32,000 bases of DNA from Erysipelotrichaceae bacterium. Lineage in GTDB: Bacteria > Bacillota_I > Bacilli_A > Erysipelotrichales > Erysipelotrichaceae. The translations under genes were made by a program, and so were the position numbers. The DNA is taken from positions 1,740,001-1,772,000 of the forward strand of contig OY781039.1 in NCBI GenBank assembly GCA_963676105.1, read 5' to 3'. Every line of letters begins with the position of its first letter. Positions within the stretch are counted from its first letter, which is position 1. The notes below the pieces were generated by a model, which did no database searches, was not told the DNA's origin, and worked only from the letters and a program-made list of their open reading frames with translations. This document shows, one piece after another, positions 16,344-24,313 of the stretch.

Positions 16344-17677
16344 TGGATTTAAATTTAGCTAAAAAGCATCTACAAGATGCAATTCAATGTGAAACAGTAA
16401 GTTATTATGAACGCGAAAGAATAGATTTCAAAGAATATGATAAGTTCATAAAACTATTAAAGAAGAATTATCCACTTTTACACAAAAAAGCAAAACTTAT
16501 TAAGATTTTAGATTATTCATTGATCTTCCACATTAAAGGAAGTACAGATCAAAAACCAGTAGCGTTTATGGGGCATTATGATGTTGTGCCAGTATCGGAT
16601 TCATGGGTGAATAAACCGTTTGGTGGTGAAGAAATCGATGGCTATATCTATGGGCGAGGTACTTTAGATATGAAAGGTCATGTGATAGCACTCTTAGAAG
16701 CTATGGAAAGCTTACTTGAAGAAAAATATGAATTCGAAAGAGATGTATATCTGCTCTTTGGACATAATGAAGAAACGGGTTCATCAAGACCTGATTCAGG
16801 TGCATTAAACACGATGAACTATTTTAAAGATAAAGGTATTGAATTCTATTCAGTCATGGATGAAGGTGGTGCATTTATCGATGGAAAGAGTTTAGGGGTA
16901 AATGGTGTAGTTGCGCTCATAGGTGTTGGGGAAAAAGGTTACTTGGATGTTGAACTTACAGCCACACAAAATGGAGGTCATGCCTCCATGCCACCTGAAA
17001 GATCCGCTTTATTTGAAGTATTTGAAGCTGCTTCAAAAATGGAAAGTGATAAATTCAAACTTGATTTTAATGAAGCAACGGATGCGATGTTTGAGGGATT
17101 AATTCCATACATGGAAAATAAGATGAAGTTCATTTTTAAGAACCGTAAGCTTTTAAAATCAGCTGTTTTAAATGCTATGGCTAAAGATCCTAAAACAGCC
17201 GCAATAGTTAGAACAACATCAGTCATGACAATGGCACAAGGTTCAAAAGCACCAAATGTACTTCCTCAAGAGGCAAAAGTAAATATCAATTGTCGACTTG
17301 TACCGGGAGATAGCGTTGATCAAGTGTTAAAACGTATTCAAGAGAGAGTAGGTTCAAACATTAAAGTTGAAGCCATGCAAAGTACTGAACCAACAAGTAT
17401 TTCACCTGCTAATCATCCAAGTTTCAATGTGATTAAAAAAGCAGTTGAAAAAGTCTATCCTAGCTTTGTGACGACGGTACCATATTTAATGATTGCAGCA
17501 ACTGATTCACGTGTTTACCATGGTTTAGCTGAAGGTGTATATCGTATTAATCCTTTTGAATCAGCTTATGCAGATTTACATACCGTACACGCTGATGATG
17601 AAAGAGTTAGTTTAGATTCATACTACAAAGGTATTGAGTTCTTTAAAGAAATATTAATGAATGCCTCAAAGGTATAA
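16343..17677 (+). CDS. M20/M25/M40-family metallopeptidase (carboxypeptidase/dipeptidase-like)
   Basis: 444 aa. It carries the metal-ligand motifs of the M20 family: GHYDVVP, GRGTLDMKG, GHNEETG and MDEGG. Confidence 0.85.
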   Translation: MDLNLAKKHLQDAIQCETVSYYERERIDFKEYDKFIKLLKKNYPLLHKKAKLIKILDYSLIFHIKGSTDQKPVAFMGHYDVVPVSDSWVNKPFGGEEIDGYIYGRGTLDMKGHVIALLEAMESLLEEKYEFERDVYLLFGHNEETGSSRPDSGALNTMNYFKDKGIEFYSVMDEGGAFIDGKSLGVNGVVALIGVGEKGYLDVELTATQNGGHASMPPERSALFEVFEAASKMESDKFKLDFNEATDAMFEGLIPYMENKMKFIFKNRKLLKSAVLNAMAKDPKTAAIVRTTSVMTMAQGSKAPNVLPQEAKVNINCRLVPGDSVDQVLKRIQERVGSNIKVEAMQSTEPTSISPANHPSFNVIKKAVEKVYPSFVTTVPYLMIAATDSRVYHGLAEGVYRINPFESAYADLHTVHADDERVSLDSYYKGIEFFKEILMNASKV

Positions 17678-17683
17678 AAAAAG

Positions 17684-17691
17684 CATTTAGA
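17684..17691 (+). repeat. Left target-site duplication CATTTAGA
   Basis: It is identical to 18270-18277 and abuts the left TIR directly. Confidence 0.8.
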
Positions 17692-17710
17692 GGTTCTACT
17701 TAGAGAATCG
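17692..17710 (+). repeat. Left terminal inverted repeat GGTTCTACTTAGAGAATCG
   Basis: It is the exact reverse complement of 18251-18269. Extended inward, 24 of 26 positions match. Confidence 0.85.
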
Positions 17711-17772
17711 AGACTTATACACATATATTTTTTAAATATATAAATATTGAAAAAGAGTTTTGAATGAGTAAA

Positions 17773-17808
17773 TAAAATAAAAGCAACAATTTTTTTTGAT
17801 TGTCGCTT
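17773..17808 (-). terminator. Rho-independent terminator of the 41-aa peptide gene
   Basis: On the minus strand, AAGCGACAAT-caaaaaaa-ATTGTTGCTT (one mismatch) is followed by TTATTTTATTT. Confidence 0.55.
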
Positions 17809-17835
17809 TAATGAATTAAGCATAAGAAAATTTGA

Positions 17836-17961
17836 CTATTTCCCCTTATTATTAATTTCTTGGTTAGCCTCAATGATTGCTGACTTAATTACGTACTTTA
17901 AAACAATCATTGAAATACCAAAGTAAATGAAGCCTAATATGCTTGAAACAAAGAATTCCAT
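17836..17961 (-). CDS. 41-aa single-TM peptide encoded inside the mobile element
   Basis: I translated it by hand: MEFFVSSILGFIYFGISMIVLKYVIKSAIIEANQEINNKGK*. A strong SD GGGGGAG lies 6 nt upstream of the ATG, and it has its own terminator downstream. It falls below the ORF-track length cutoff. Confidence 0.55.
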   Translation of the reverse strand: MEFFVSSILGFIYFGISMIVLKYVIKSAIIEANQEINNKGK

Positions 17962-18167
17962 CAATTTCTCCCCCGAATTTTATGAATAGCGGTTACTATT
18001 TCTTTTTTATTATAAGTCTATTAACCATAAACAATTCATTAAAATATGTTTTGCAGATTCTTAAATTAGTCAGGGTAAATTATAACTATCTATTAAACAA
18101 AAAGACACTACATAAAATTTAGTTAAGTAGAAATCATTTCTCGAAAGAACCATAATTTAGTAAAGAT

Positions 18168-18192
18168 AAAACCGAGCAACTAACTCGGTTTT
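18168..18192. terminator. Bidirectional terminator inside the element, now serving plsC
   Basis: AAAACCGAG(18168-18176)-caactaa-CTCGGTTTT(18184-18192). A T-run follows on both strands. Confidence 0.7.
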
Positions 18193-18250
18193 ATTGCATA
18201 AAAATGCTTCAATATAATCCAACAAAATATCTTTAAGGTGCACTAGGTCC

Positions 18251-18269
18251 CGATTCTCTAAGTAGAACC
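18251..18269 (-). repeat. Right terminal inverted repeat
   Basis: CGATTCTCTAAGTAGAACC is the reverse complement of 17692-17710. Confidence 0.85.
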
Positions 18270-18277
18270 CATTTAGA
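18270..18277 (+). repeat. Right target-site duplication CATTTAGA
   Basis: It is identical to 17684-17691 and abuts the right TIR directly. Confidence 0.8.
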
Positions 18278-18288
18278 GATGAATTTCT

Positions 18289-18972
18289 CTAAGCGCTTTT
18301 TAGTTTAGTCTTAATCATTTCAACACATTCATTCATCACTTCATCATGACTTTTTTGTCTGAAGTCTTCAGGTAAAAGTGGAGGATGAAAGTGTACTGAA
18401 AGTGTATGTTTTACAGGACTTGTTCCATCGCATTCAAAACCATAGTTTTGAGTCACTGGTACAATTTTAGCTTTAGCTAAGAAAGCTGGAAGTACAGCAC
18501 CAGCTTTAAAGGGTAGTAAGTCTTGTCCTTTAGCTCGTGTTCCTTCAGGAAACACTAGAACTGATTTATTTGATTTTAAGAAACGAGTTGCTTGTCTAAG
18601 CATACTCACGTTTTGATCAAAATCATCTCGATCAAAAGTAATAAACTCGATGAGTTTGCCCCAATCTGCAATGACAGGTAACTTTAAGTTTTCCTTTTTA
18701 GAAATAAAAGTCATTGGATTTGGGTTAGCTGCGATAAGGAGTAATGGATCAAAGGTTCCTTGATGATTTGATATGTAGTAAACCGCTTCATCAGTTGGAA
18801 TATTATCGATACCAGTGAATTCAGTTTCTAGTTTTAAATCTTTGTAAAAGCCTTTACAGATATCATGAATAATCGCATAACGACCGGCAAAATCGAGTGG
18901 CTCTGCTTCTTTGGTTTTAAGTTTTGCCTTGACTAAGGTTTTAGAAAACTTTAACCATTGTGTAATCTTCAC
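18289..18972 (-). CDS. plsC: 1-acyl-sn-glycerol-3-phosphate acyltransferase
   Basis: 227 aa with the acyltransferase motifs NHQGTFDP (HX4D) and FPEGTR. It overlaps the fabZ stop by 1 nt. Confidence 0.85.
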   Translation of the reverse strand: MKITQWLKFSKTLVKAKLKTKEAEPLDFAGRYAIIHDICKGFYKDLKLETEFTGIDNIPTDEAVYYISNHQGTFDPLLLIAANPNPMTFISKKENLKLPVIADWGKLIEFITFDRDDFDQNVSMLRQATRFLKSNKSVLVFPEGTRAKGQDLLPFKAGAVLPAFLAKAKIVPVTQNYGFECDGTSPVKHTLSVHFHPPLLPEDFRQKSHDEVMNECVEMIKTKLKSA

Positions 18973-19400
18973 TAGACACCTACTTTAAAAATTAAATCAG
19001 CACTCGCAGCAACTTTATCGTTTACACTTGCTTCAGCATGGGCAAAGCCAACTGAACCACGAAGTTTAGTGAGTTTTACATGTAGTTTCATGGTGTCACC
19101 TGGATAAACAGGTTGTTTGAACCGCACATTATCCATACCTGCAAAGAAAGCAATTTTTCCTTTGAATTCTTCTTTAGATAAAAGAAGAACTGCTCCTGTT
19201 TGAGCTAATGCTTCCATGATCATAACACCTGGTAGGATGTGATGCTCTGGGAAGTGACCCATGAATTGCATTTCATTAGCTGATACGGCTTTTACGCCAA
19301 TGATTTCATCGTCGCCAATGATTTCATCGATACGATCAACTAAGAGAAATGGATAACGATGAGGAATGATTTCTTGAATTTGATTTGAATTATAAATCAT
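18972..19400 (-). CDS. fabZ: 3-hydroxyacyl-ACP dehydratase
   Basis: 142 aa with the FabZ signature HFPEHHILPGVMIMEALAQ. Confidence 0.93.
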   Translation of the reverse strand: MIYNSNQIQEIIPHRYPFLLVDRIDEIIGDDEIIGVKAVSANEMQFMGHFPEHHILPGVMIMEALAQTGAVLLLSKEEFKGKIAFFAGMDNVRFKQPVYPGDTMKLHVKLTKLRGSVGFAHAEASVNDKVAASADLIFKVGV

Positions 19401-19401
19401 C

Positions 19402-20640
19402 TTAACCCTCCCATTTCTTCATAATGATTGAAGCATTATGTCCACCAAAACCAAGTGAGTTACTCATAACATAAGTTAAATCAGATTTTCTTGGTGTATT
19501 AGGTACGATATCTAAATCGCAGAGTTCATCTGGATTTTGATAATTGATAGTTGCAGGAATTAAGTTGTTTTGTAAAGCTTTAACACAGATAATCGCTTCA
19601 ACAGCACCAGATGCCCCTAATAGATGACCTGTATAAGATTTTGTTGAAGATACAGGTACTTTATAAGCATAATCACCAAATGTTTTCTTAACTGCTTTAG
19701 TTTCAGTTTTATCATTTAATGGCGTTGAAGTACCATGGGCATTGATATATGAAATATCAGTTGCTTGAAGTTGTGCATCTTCAATCGCAAGTTGCATTGC
19801 GTAAGCACCCATTGCGCCATCTTCTAGTGGTGCAGTGATATGGTTTGCATCACATGTTGCACCATAACCAACCATTTCAGCATAGATTTTTGCGCCACGT
19901 TTTTTAGCATGTTCTAATTCTTCTAGAATTAAGACAGCGCCACCTTCACCCATGACAAATCCTGATCGGTCTGCATCAAATGGGATAGATGCACGGTTTT
20001 TATCTTCTCCTGTGTGTAAGGCTCTCATAACGGCAAATCCAGCGATTCCTACAGGTGTAATGGCTGCTTCTGATCCACCGGTTAACATGATGTCTTGATA
20101 ACCATCACGGATTTTATGGAAAGCTTCACCAATTGCGTTAGTACCAGCAGCACAGGCAGTTACTACTGAATAACATTGTCCTTGAGCTTTTTGATCAATC
20201 GCAACTTCACCAGCTGCTAAGTTGATTAATGTTTTTGGGATAAAGAAAGGGGAAATTCGTGAAGGTCCTCTTTCAGTTAAACTATTGCGTGCATCTTCTA
20301 ATGATTGAAGTCCACCAATACCACTACCTAGGATACAACCATATCGAAGGGCATTGATTTCTTCAACATTTAAGTTCGCATCGGCAACAGCTTGTTTAGC
20401 CGCAATACGTGCAAATAATGTAAATAAATCATTATTTTTACTTTCACGTAATGTGAAATATTGCTCAGTATCTAAATCTTTAACTTCGGCTGCTAATTTT
20501 GCCTTGTGATCAGTTGTATCAAATTTACTAATGAAGTCAATGCCACATTTACCTTCTTCAATACTTGTCCAAAGTTCATCAACAGTGTTTCCGATTGGGC
20601 TTACAACACCTAAACCTGTAATTACAACTCTTCTTTTCAT
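19402..20640 (-). CDS. fabF: 3-oxoacyl-ACP synthase II
   Basis: It has the motifs VVTACAAGTNAIG (active-site Cys), NAHGTSTPLND and GHLLGASG. I prefer the start MKRRVVITGLG at 20640, which has SD GAGGTGG. The ORF-track start at 20676 would overlap fabG by 26 nt. Confidence 0.93.
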   Translation of the reverse strand: MKRRVVITGLGVVSPIGNTVDELWTSIEEGKCGIDFISKFDTTDHKAKLAAEVKDLDTEQYFTLRESKNNDLFTLFARIAAKQAVADANLNVEEINALRYGCILGSGIGGLQSLEDARNSLTERGPSRISPFFIPKTLINLAAGEVAIDQKAQGQCYSVVTACAAGTNAIGEAFHKIRDGYQDIMLTGGSEAAITPVGIAGFAVMRALHTGEDKNRASIPFDADRSGFVMGEGGAVLILEELEHAKKRGAKIYAEMVGYGATCDANHITAPLEDGAMGAYAMQLAIEDAQLQATDISYINAHGTSTPLNDKTETKAVKKTFGDYAYKVPVSSTKSYTGHLLGASGAVEAIICVKALQNNLIPATINYQNPDELCDLDIVPNTPRKSDLTYVMSNSLGFGGHNASIIMKKWEG

Positions 20641-20650
20641 TTCATCCACC

Positions 20651-21385
20651 TCACATAACCATTCCGCCATCAACATTGATGACTTGACCTGTAATATAAC
20701 TTGCGTTGTCAGAAGCTAGAAATAATGCCGCATGGGCTATATCTTCTGTACTTCCAAAACGATTTAAAGGGATTTGTTTAAGAATTCCTTCTTTGACATT
20801 ATCATTTAAGACATCTGTCATTTTTGTTTGAATAAAACCAGGGGCAATCGCATTAACTGTAATGTTTCTACTTGCGAGTTCTCTTGCGACTGATTTTGTA
20901 AAAGCTATTAAGCCACCTTTAGATGCTGCATAGTTGGCTTGACCAGCATTACCTATTTGACCAATTACACTAGCCATATTAATGATACGACCATATCTTG
21001 CCTTCATCATTGGTTTTAAAACAGCTTGAGTGACATTAAAGGCACCTTTTAGATTTGTTTCTAATACCGCATCGAAGTCTTCTTCTTTCATGCGCATAAG
21101 AAGTCCGTCTCTTGTAATACCTGAGTTATTCACAAGGACATCAATCTTTTCAAATTTTTCAAGTGTAGCATTTATCATAGTTTGAACTGACTCTGCATTT
21201 GACACATCACATCCAACGACTAAAGTTTCAACACCTAAATTTTCGCATTCTTTCGCAACAGCTTCTGCACCATCTTTAGAACGTGCATAGTTGATCACAA
21301 CATTGTATCCTTCTTTGGCAAAGGCTAAGGCAACGCCTGCCCCAATGCCACCTGAGGATCCTGTAATTAAAGCGACTTTACTCAT
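20651..21385 (-). CDS. fabG: 3-oxoacyl-ACP reductase
   Basis: 244 aa SDR with ITGSSGGIG and the catalytic motif NYAASKGG. Confidence 0.93.
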   Translation of the reverse strand: MSKVALITGSSGGIGAGVALAFAKEGYNVVINYARSKDGAEAVAKECENLGVETLVVGCDVSNAESVQTMINATLEKFEKIDVLVNNSGITRDGLLMRMKEEDFDAVLETNLKGAFNVTQAVLKPMMKARYGRIINMASVIGQIGNAGQANYAASKGGLIAFTKSVARELASRNITVNAIAPGFIQTKMTDVLNDNVKEGILKQIPLNRFGSTEDIAHAALFLASDNASYITGQVINVDGGMVM

Positions 21386-22302
21386 ACTAATATTCCTTTC
21401 AATTGATTGAGCTGTTCCATTGATTCAACGGTATATACATCAACATTTTCATTTATTTGTTTTACAAATGAAGTGAGTGTTTTACCTGGTCCAATCTCAA
21501 TAAATGTATCAATACCATCGAGTATCATTTGCGAAACCATTTTCTCAAATAATACTGAATTGGAGATTTGGCGGGTTAATAAGTCTTTTGAGAACTCAGC
21601 TGTTTCTCCAATGACGTTATAGTAAACTGGCATGTCTGGTGTTTTAAATTCAATAGGATCTAAAACTTGACCTAAGTTCTTGCTTGCCTCATTTAATAAA
21701 GCAGAATGGAAAGCACCAGAAACTCTTAGTGGTATAACACGTCCAACTTTTTCTTCTTTTAGGACTTCTTCGGCCTTTTTAAGACCTTTAAGTTCACCCG
21801 TTAAAACAATTTGTTTGGGTGAGTTATAGTTCGCAATTTGAACTAAACCATGATCTTGAATATCATCTTTCATGATTCTCTCAGCAATATACGCTTGATC
21901 ACCATTAATGACGGCAGTCATACCTGTGGTTCCGCTAGGCAAAGCTGTAGCCATTATGATGCCTCTTTGTCTTACGATATTTAAGGCTGTATTGAAGTCA
22001 ATCGCATTTGCATAAGTTAAAGCACTATATTCGCCTAAACTTAAACCACCCACAGCACTTGGTTTAATTCCTAAAGATTCAACCGCTTTGGCAATCGCTA
22101 TTGAAGTTGCGAGCAAACATGACTGAGTATATTCAGTTTGATTAATTCGACCTTCAGCATCTGTAAAACAGATTTCTTTTAAATCAAAATCTAAGTCAAC
22201 TGAATCATAAACAGCTTTAGATACGTCAGATTCTTGGTAGAAATCAGATCCCATACCAACTTTTTGGGCACCTTGGCCAGCAAATAAGAATGCTATTTTC
22301 AT
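21382..22302 (-). CDS. fabD: Malonyl-CoA:ACP transacylase
   Basis: 306 aa with FAGQGAQ and the active-site motif GLSLGEYSA. Confidence 0.93.
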   Translation of the reverse strand: MKIAFLFAGQGAQKVGMGSDFYQESDVSKAVYDSVDLDFDLKEICFTDAEGRINQTEYTQSCLLATSIAIAKAVESLGIKPSAVGGLSLGEYSALTYANAIDFNTALNIVRQRGIIMATALPSGTTGMTAVINGDQAYIAERIMKDDIQDHGLVQIANYNSPKQIVLTGELKGLKKAEEVLKEEKVGRVIPLRVSGAFHSALLNEASKNLGQVLDPIEFKTPDMPVYYNVIGETAEFSKDLLTRQISNSVLFEKMVSQMILDGIDTFIEIGPGKTLTSFVKQINENVDVYTVESMEQLNQLKGILV

Positions 22303-23360
22303 GTCGCTAATCCCTCCTTCATCTCTGATAGTAATTCAGCCATTAAATCATGGACTGAATAGAGTTTTTTAACACGATAACCATTCGATCCTGTAAAGAC
22401 TAAGCCTTCATCCGTATTACCTTTAACCGCTTCAATTAAAGCTTCAGTAATACAGTAAGGAGTGGTCGGAGGATGACATGGTTTTAAACAGTTCACACAG
22501 TGAATTGGTGGAACACGTTGTTCTCTCATCTTCTTAACAAATGGATTGACCCAAGCACGACCATGATAGCCAGCAGGAGATATAACGAAGTCGATATCTT
22601 CTTCTTTACCATTGAGGAAGACTTCTTTAAATTTCATATCAGCATCACATTCATAAGTACCGATGAAACGTGTTGCCATCTGTACGGCATCTGCGCCTAA
22701 TTTAATAAATTTTGCAATGTCAAAGCCAGTGAATACACCACCCGCCGCAACAATAGGAATTTGATGACCTAAGTTTTCAATCGCAGCTTTTGTCTCAACG
22801 ACGATTTCTTCTAAACTTTGGGTTGTCTTAGCTCTTAGATCTGCAATATCAAAGCCTAAGTGACCACCTGCCATGGGACCTTCAATAATAATGAAATCAG
22901 GTAAACGATTGTGTCGACTTAACCAGCGTTTACATAAAAGTACAGCAGCTTTAGCACTTGATACAATGGGTGCTAAGGCAATTTTTGGGTTTGTGATAAA
23001 TGATGGGAGTTCAAGTGGTAAGCCAGCACCTGAAATGACGACATCAATGTCTAAATCATTCATGGATTTGGCATAATCACCATAGTATTCCATCGCAACC
23101 ATTAAGTTGATGCCTAAAGCACCTTTACCACCTGCAATTTCTCTTGCCTTTGCGACTTCTTCTTTTAAAGCTTCAATATTTGCCTTGACGGTTTGTCTAA
23201 CAAAATTTTCTTTACGATAGCCAGGTTGTGCAGCAGAAAGGACCCCGAGTCCTCCTTCTTTCATCACATGACCTGCAAGATTGGATAAGCTAACACCTAT
23301 CCCCATACCACCTTGTATAATAGGGACTTCAAGTTCGATATTGTTGAACTTTAAACTCAT
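22299..23360 (-). CDS. Second NMO/NPD-family flavoprotein (FabK paralog) with a C-terminal Cys cluster
   Basis: 353 aa. It has the TIM-barrel FMN motifs PIIQGGMG and GPMAGGHLG, and VAAGGV. It diverges from the adjacent canonical FabK and has the unique motif CVNCLKPCHPPTTPYC near the C-terminus. Confidence 0.75.
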   Translation of the reverse strand: MSLKFNNIELEVPIIQGGMGIGVSLSNLAGHVMKEGGLGVLSAAQPGYRKENFVRQTVKANIEALKEEVAKAREIAGGKGALGINLMVAMEYYGDYAKSMNDLDIDVVISGAGLPLELPSFITNPKIALAPIVSSAKAAVLLCKRWLSRHNRLPDFIIIEGPMAGGHLGFDIADLRAKTTQSLEEIVVETKAAIENLGHQIPIVAAGGVFTGFDIAKFIKLGADAVQMATRFIGTYECDADMKFKEVFLNGKEEDIDFVISPAGYHGRAWVNPFVKKMREQRVPPIHCVNCLKPCHPPTTPYCITEALIEAVKGNTDEGLVFTGSNGYRVKKLYSVHDLMAELLSEMKEGLAT

Positions 23361-24301
23361 TTTAAGTCCTTTAATTTAGTCTCTAAATGTGAGAATTGAA
23401 CTTTTGCGTCAGCTGTCATGTTTACAAAGATGTCTCTTAAGGTGGTTTTTTCTTTGACTAAACCAGCGATTTGACCCATCATTACAGAACCTGTATCCAT
23501 ATCCCCATCAAAGACAGCACGACGTAAAGACCCGAGTGTTAAACGCTCGAAATGTTCACGATCTGCGCCTTCCTTTTCTAATTTTAAGTATTCATTAGAC
23601 ATACGATTTTTCTTAATACGTACTGGAGCCCCTAAACTACGTCCAGTAACAACAGTATCAGTATCTTTTGATGAAATAATCGCTTGTCGATAGTTTTCAT
23701 GAATTGGACACTCTTCAGCAGCCAATAAGACAGTACCAAGTTGAACACCAATAGCACCTAAACTCAGAGCTGCATTAAAACCACGACCATCGGCAATACC
23801 ACCAGCTGCGATAACTGGAATACTTAGCGCATCAACGACTTGTGGAATTAAAGTCATTGTAGTAAGTTCACCAACATGACCTCCAGCTTCAGTCCCTTCC
23901 GCAATAACCATATCAGCTCCAGCTCTTTCCATACGGCGAGCAAGTGCAACTGTTGGAATAATTGGGATAATCATGATACCTAACTCTTTAAGTTTAGCCA
24001 TGTATTTACCAGGGTTACCAGCACCCGTTGTGACAACGGCAGGTTTTAACTCGTAAATCACTTCAAAAATATCATCTGAGTGTGGGTTCATAAGCATTAC
24101 GTTGACCCCAAAAGGTTTATCCGTTAATGCACGACATTTCTCAATGGATTCACGTACTAAATCAGGTGTCATAGCACCAGTTCCAATAATGCCTAAACCA
24201 CCCTCATTTGATACAGCTGCGGCAAATTCAGCCGTTGCGATGTTAGCCATAGCACCTTGTACAATCGGGAATTCAATACCTAGTTTTTCATTTAATAACA
24301 T
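23357..24301 (-). CDS. fabK: Enoyl-ACP reductase II (FMN-dependent)
   Basis: 314 aa. Long stretches match streptococcal FabK as I recall it: DKPFGVNVML, VVTTGAGNPGKYM, ADMVIAEGTEAGGHVGELTTMTL and IPVIAAGGIADGRG. Confidence 0.9.
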   Translation of the reverse strand: MLLNEKLGIEFPIVQGAMANIATAEFAAAVSNEGGLGIIGTGAMTPDLVRESIEKCRALTDKPFGVNVMLMNPHSDDIFEVIYELKPAVVTTGAGNPGKYMAKLKELGIMIIPIIPTVALARRMERAGADMVIAEGTEAGGHVGELTTMTLIPQVVDALSIPVIAAGGIADGRGFNAALSLGAIGVQLGTVLLAAEECPIHENYRQAIISSKDTDTVVTGRSLGAPVRIKKNRMSNEYLKLEKEGADREHFERLTLGSLRRAVFDGDMDTGSVMMGQIAGLVKEKTTLRDIFVNMTADAKVQFSHLETKLKDLK

Positions 24302-24313
24302 ATTTGTTTCTCC

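Larger units (their letters stand above)
17692..18269. mobile_element. 578-bp non-autonomous transposable element (MITE / mobile insertion cassette)
   Basis: It has perfect 19-bp TIRs, a perfect 8-bp flanking direct repeat and no transposase ORF. Removing the element restores a canonical bidirectional terminator between the convergent flanking genes. Confidence 0.8.

Noticed and set aside
17721-17745. An AT-only palindrome ATATATTT-ttt-AAATATAT just inside the left end of the mobile element.
   Set aside because: It is pure A/T and low-complexity, so I give it no independent significance beyond the TIR/TSD evidence.
19402-20676. The longer fabF start from the ORF track (MLMAEWLCEVDE...).
   Set aside because: The extension would overlap fabG by 26 nt and has no SD. 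The ATG at 20640 gives the canonical MKRRVVITGLG N-terminus and is preceded by GAGGTGG.
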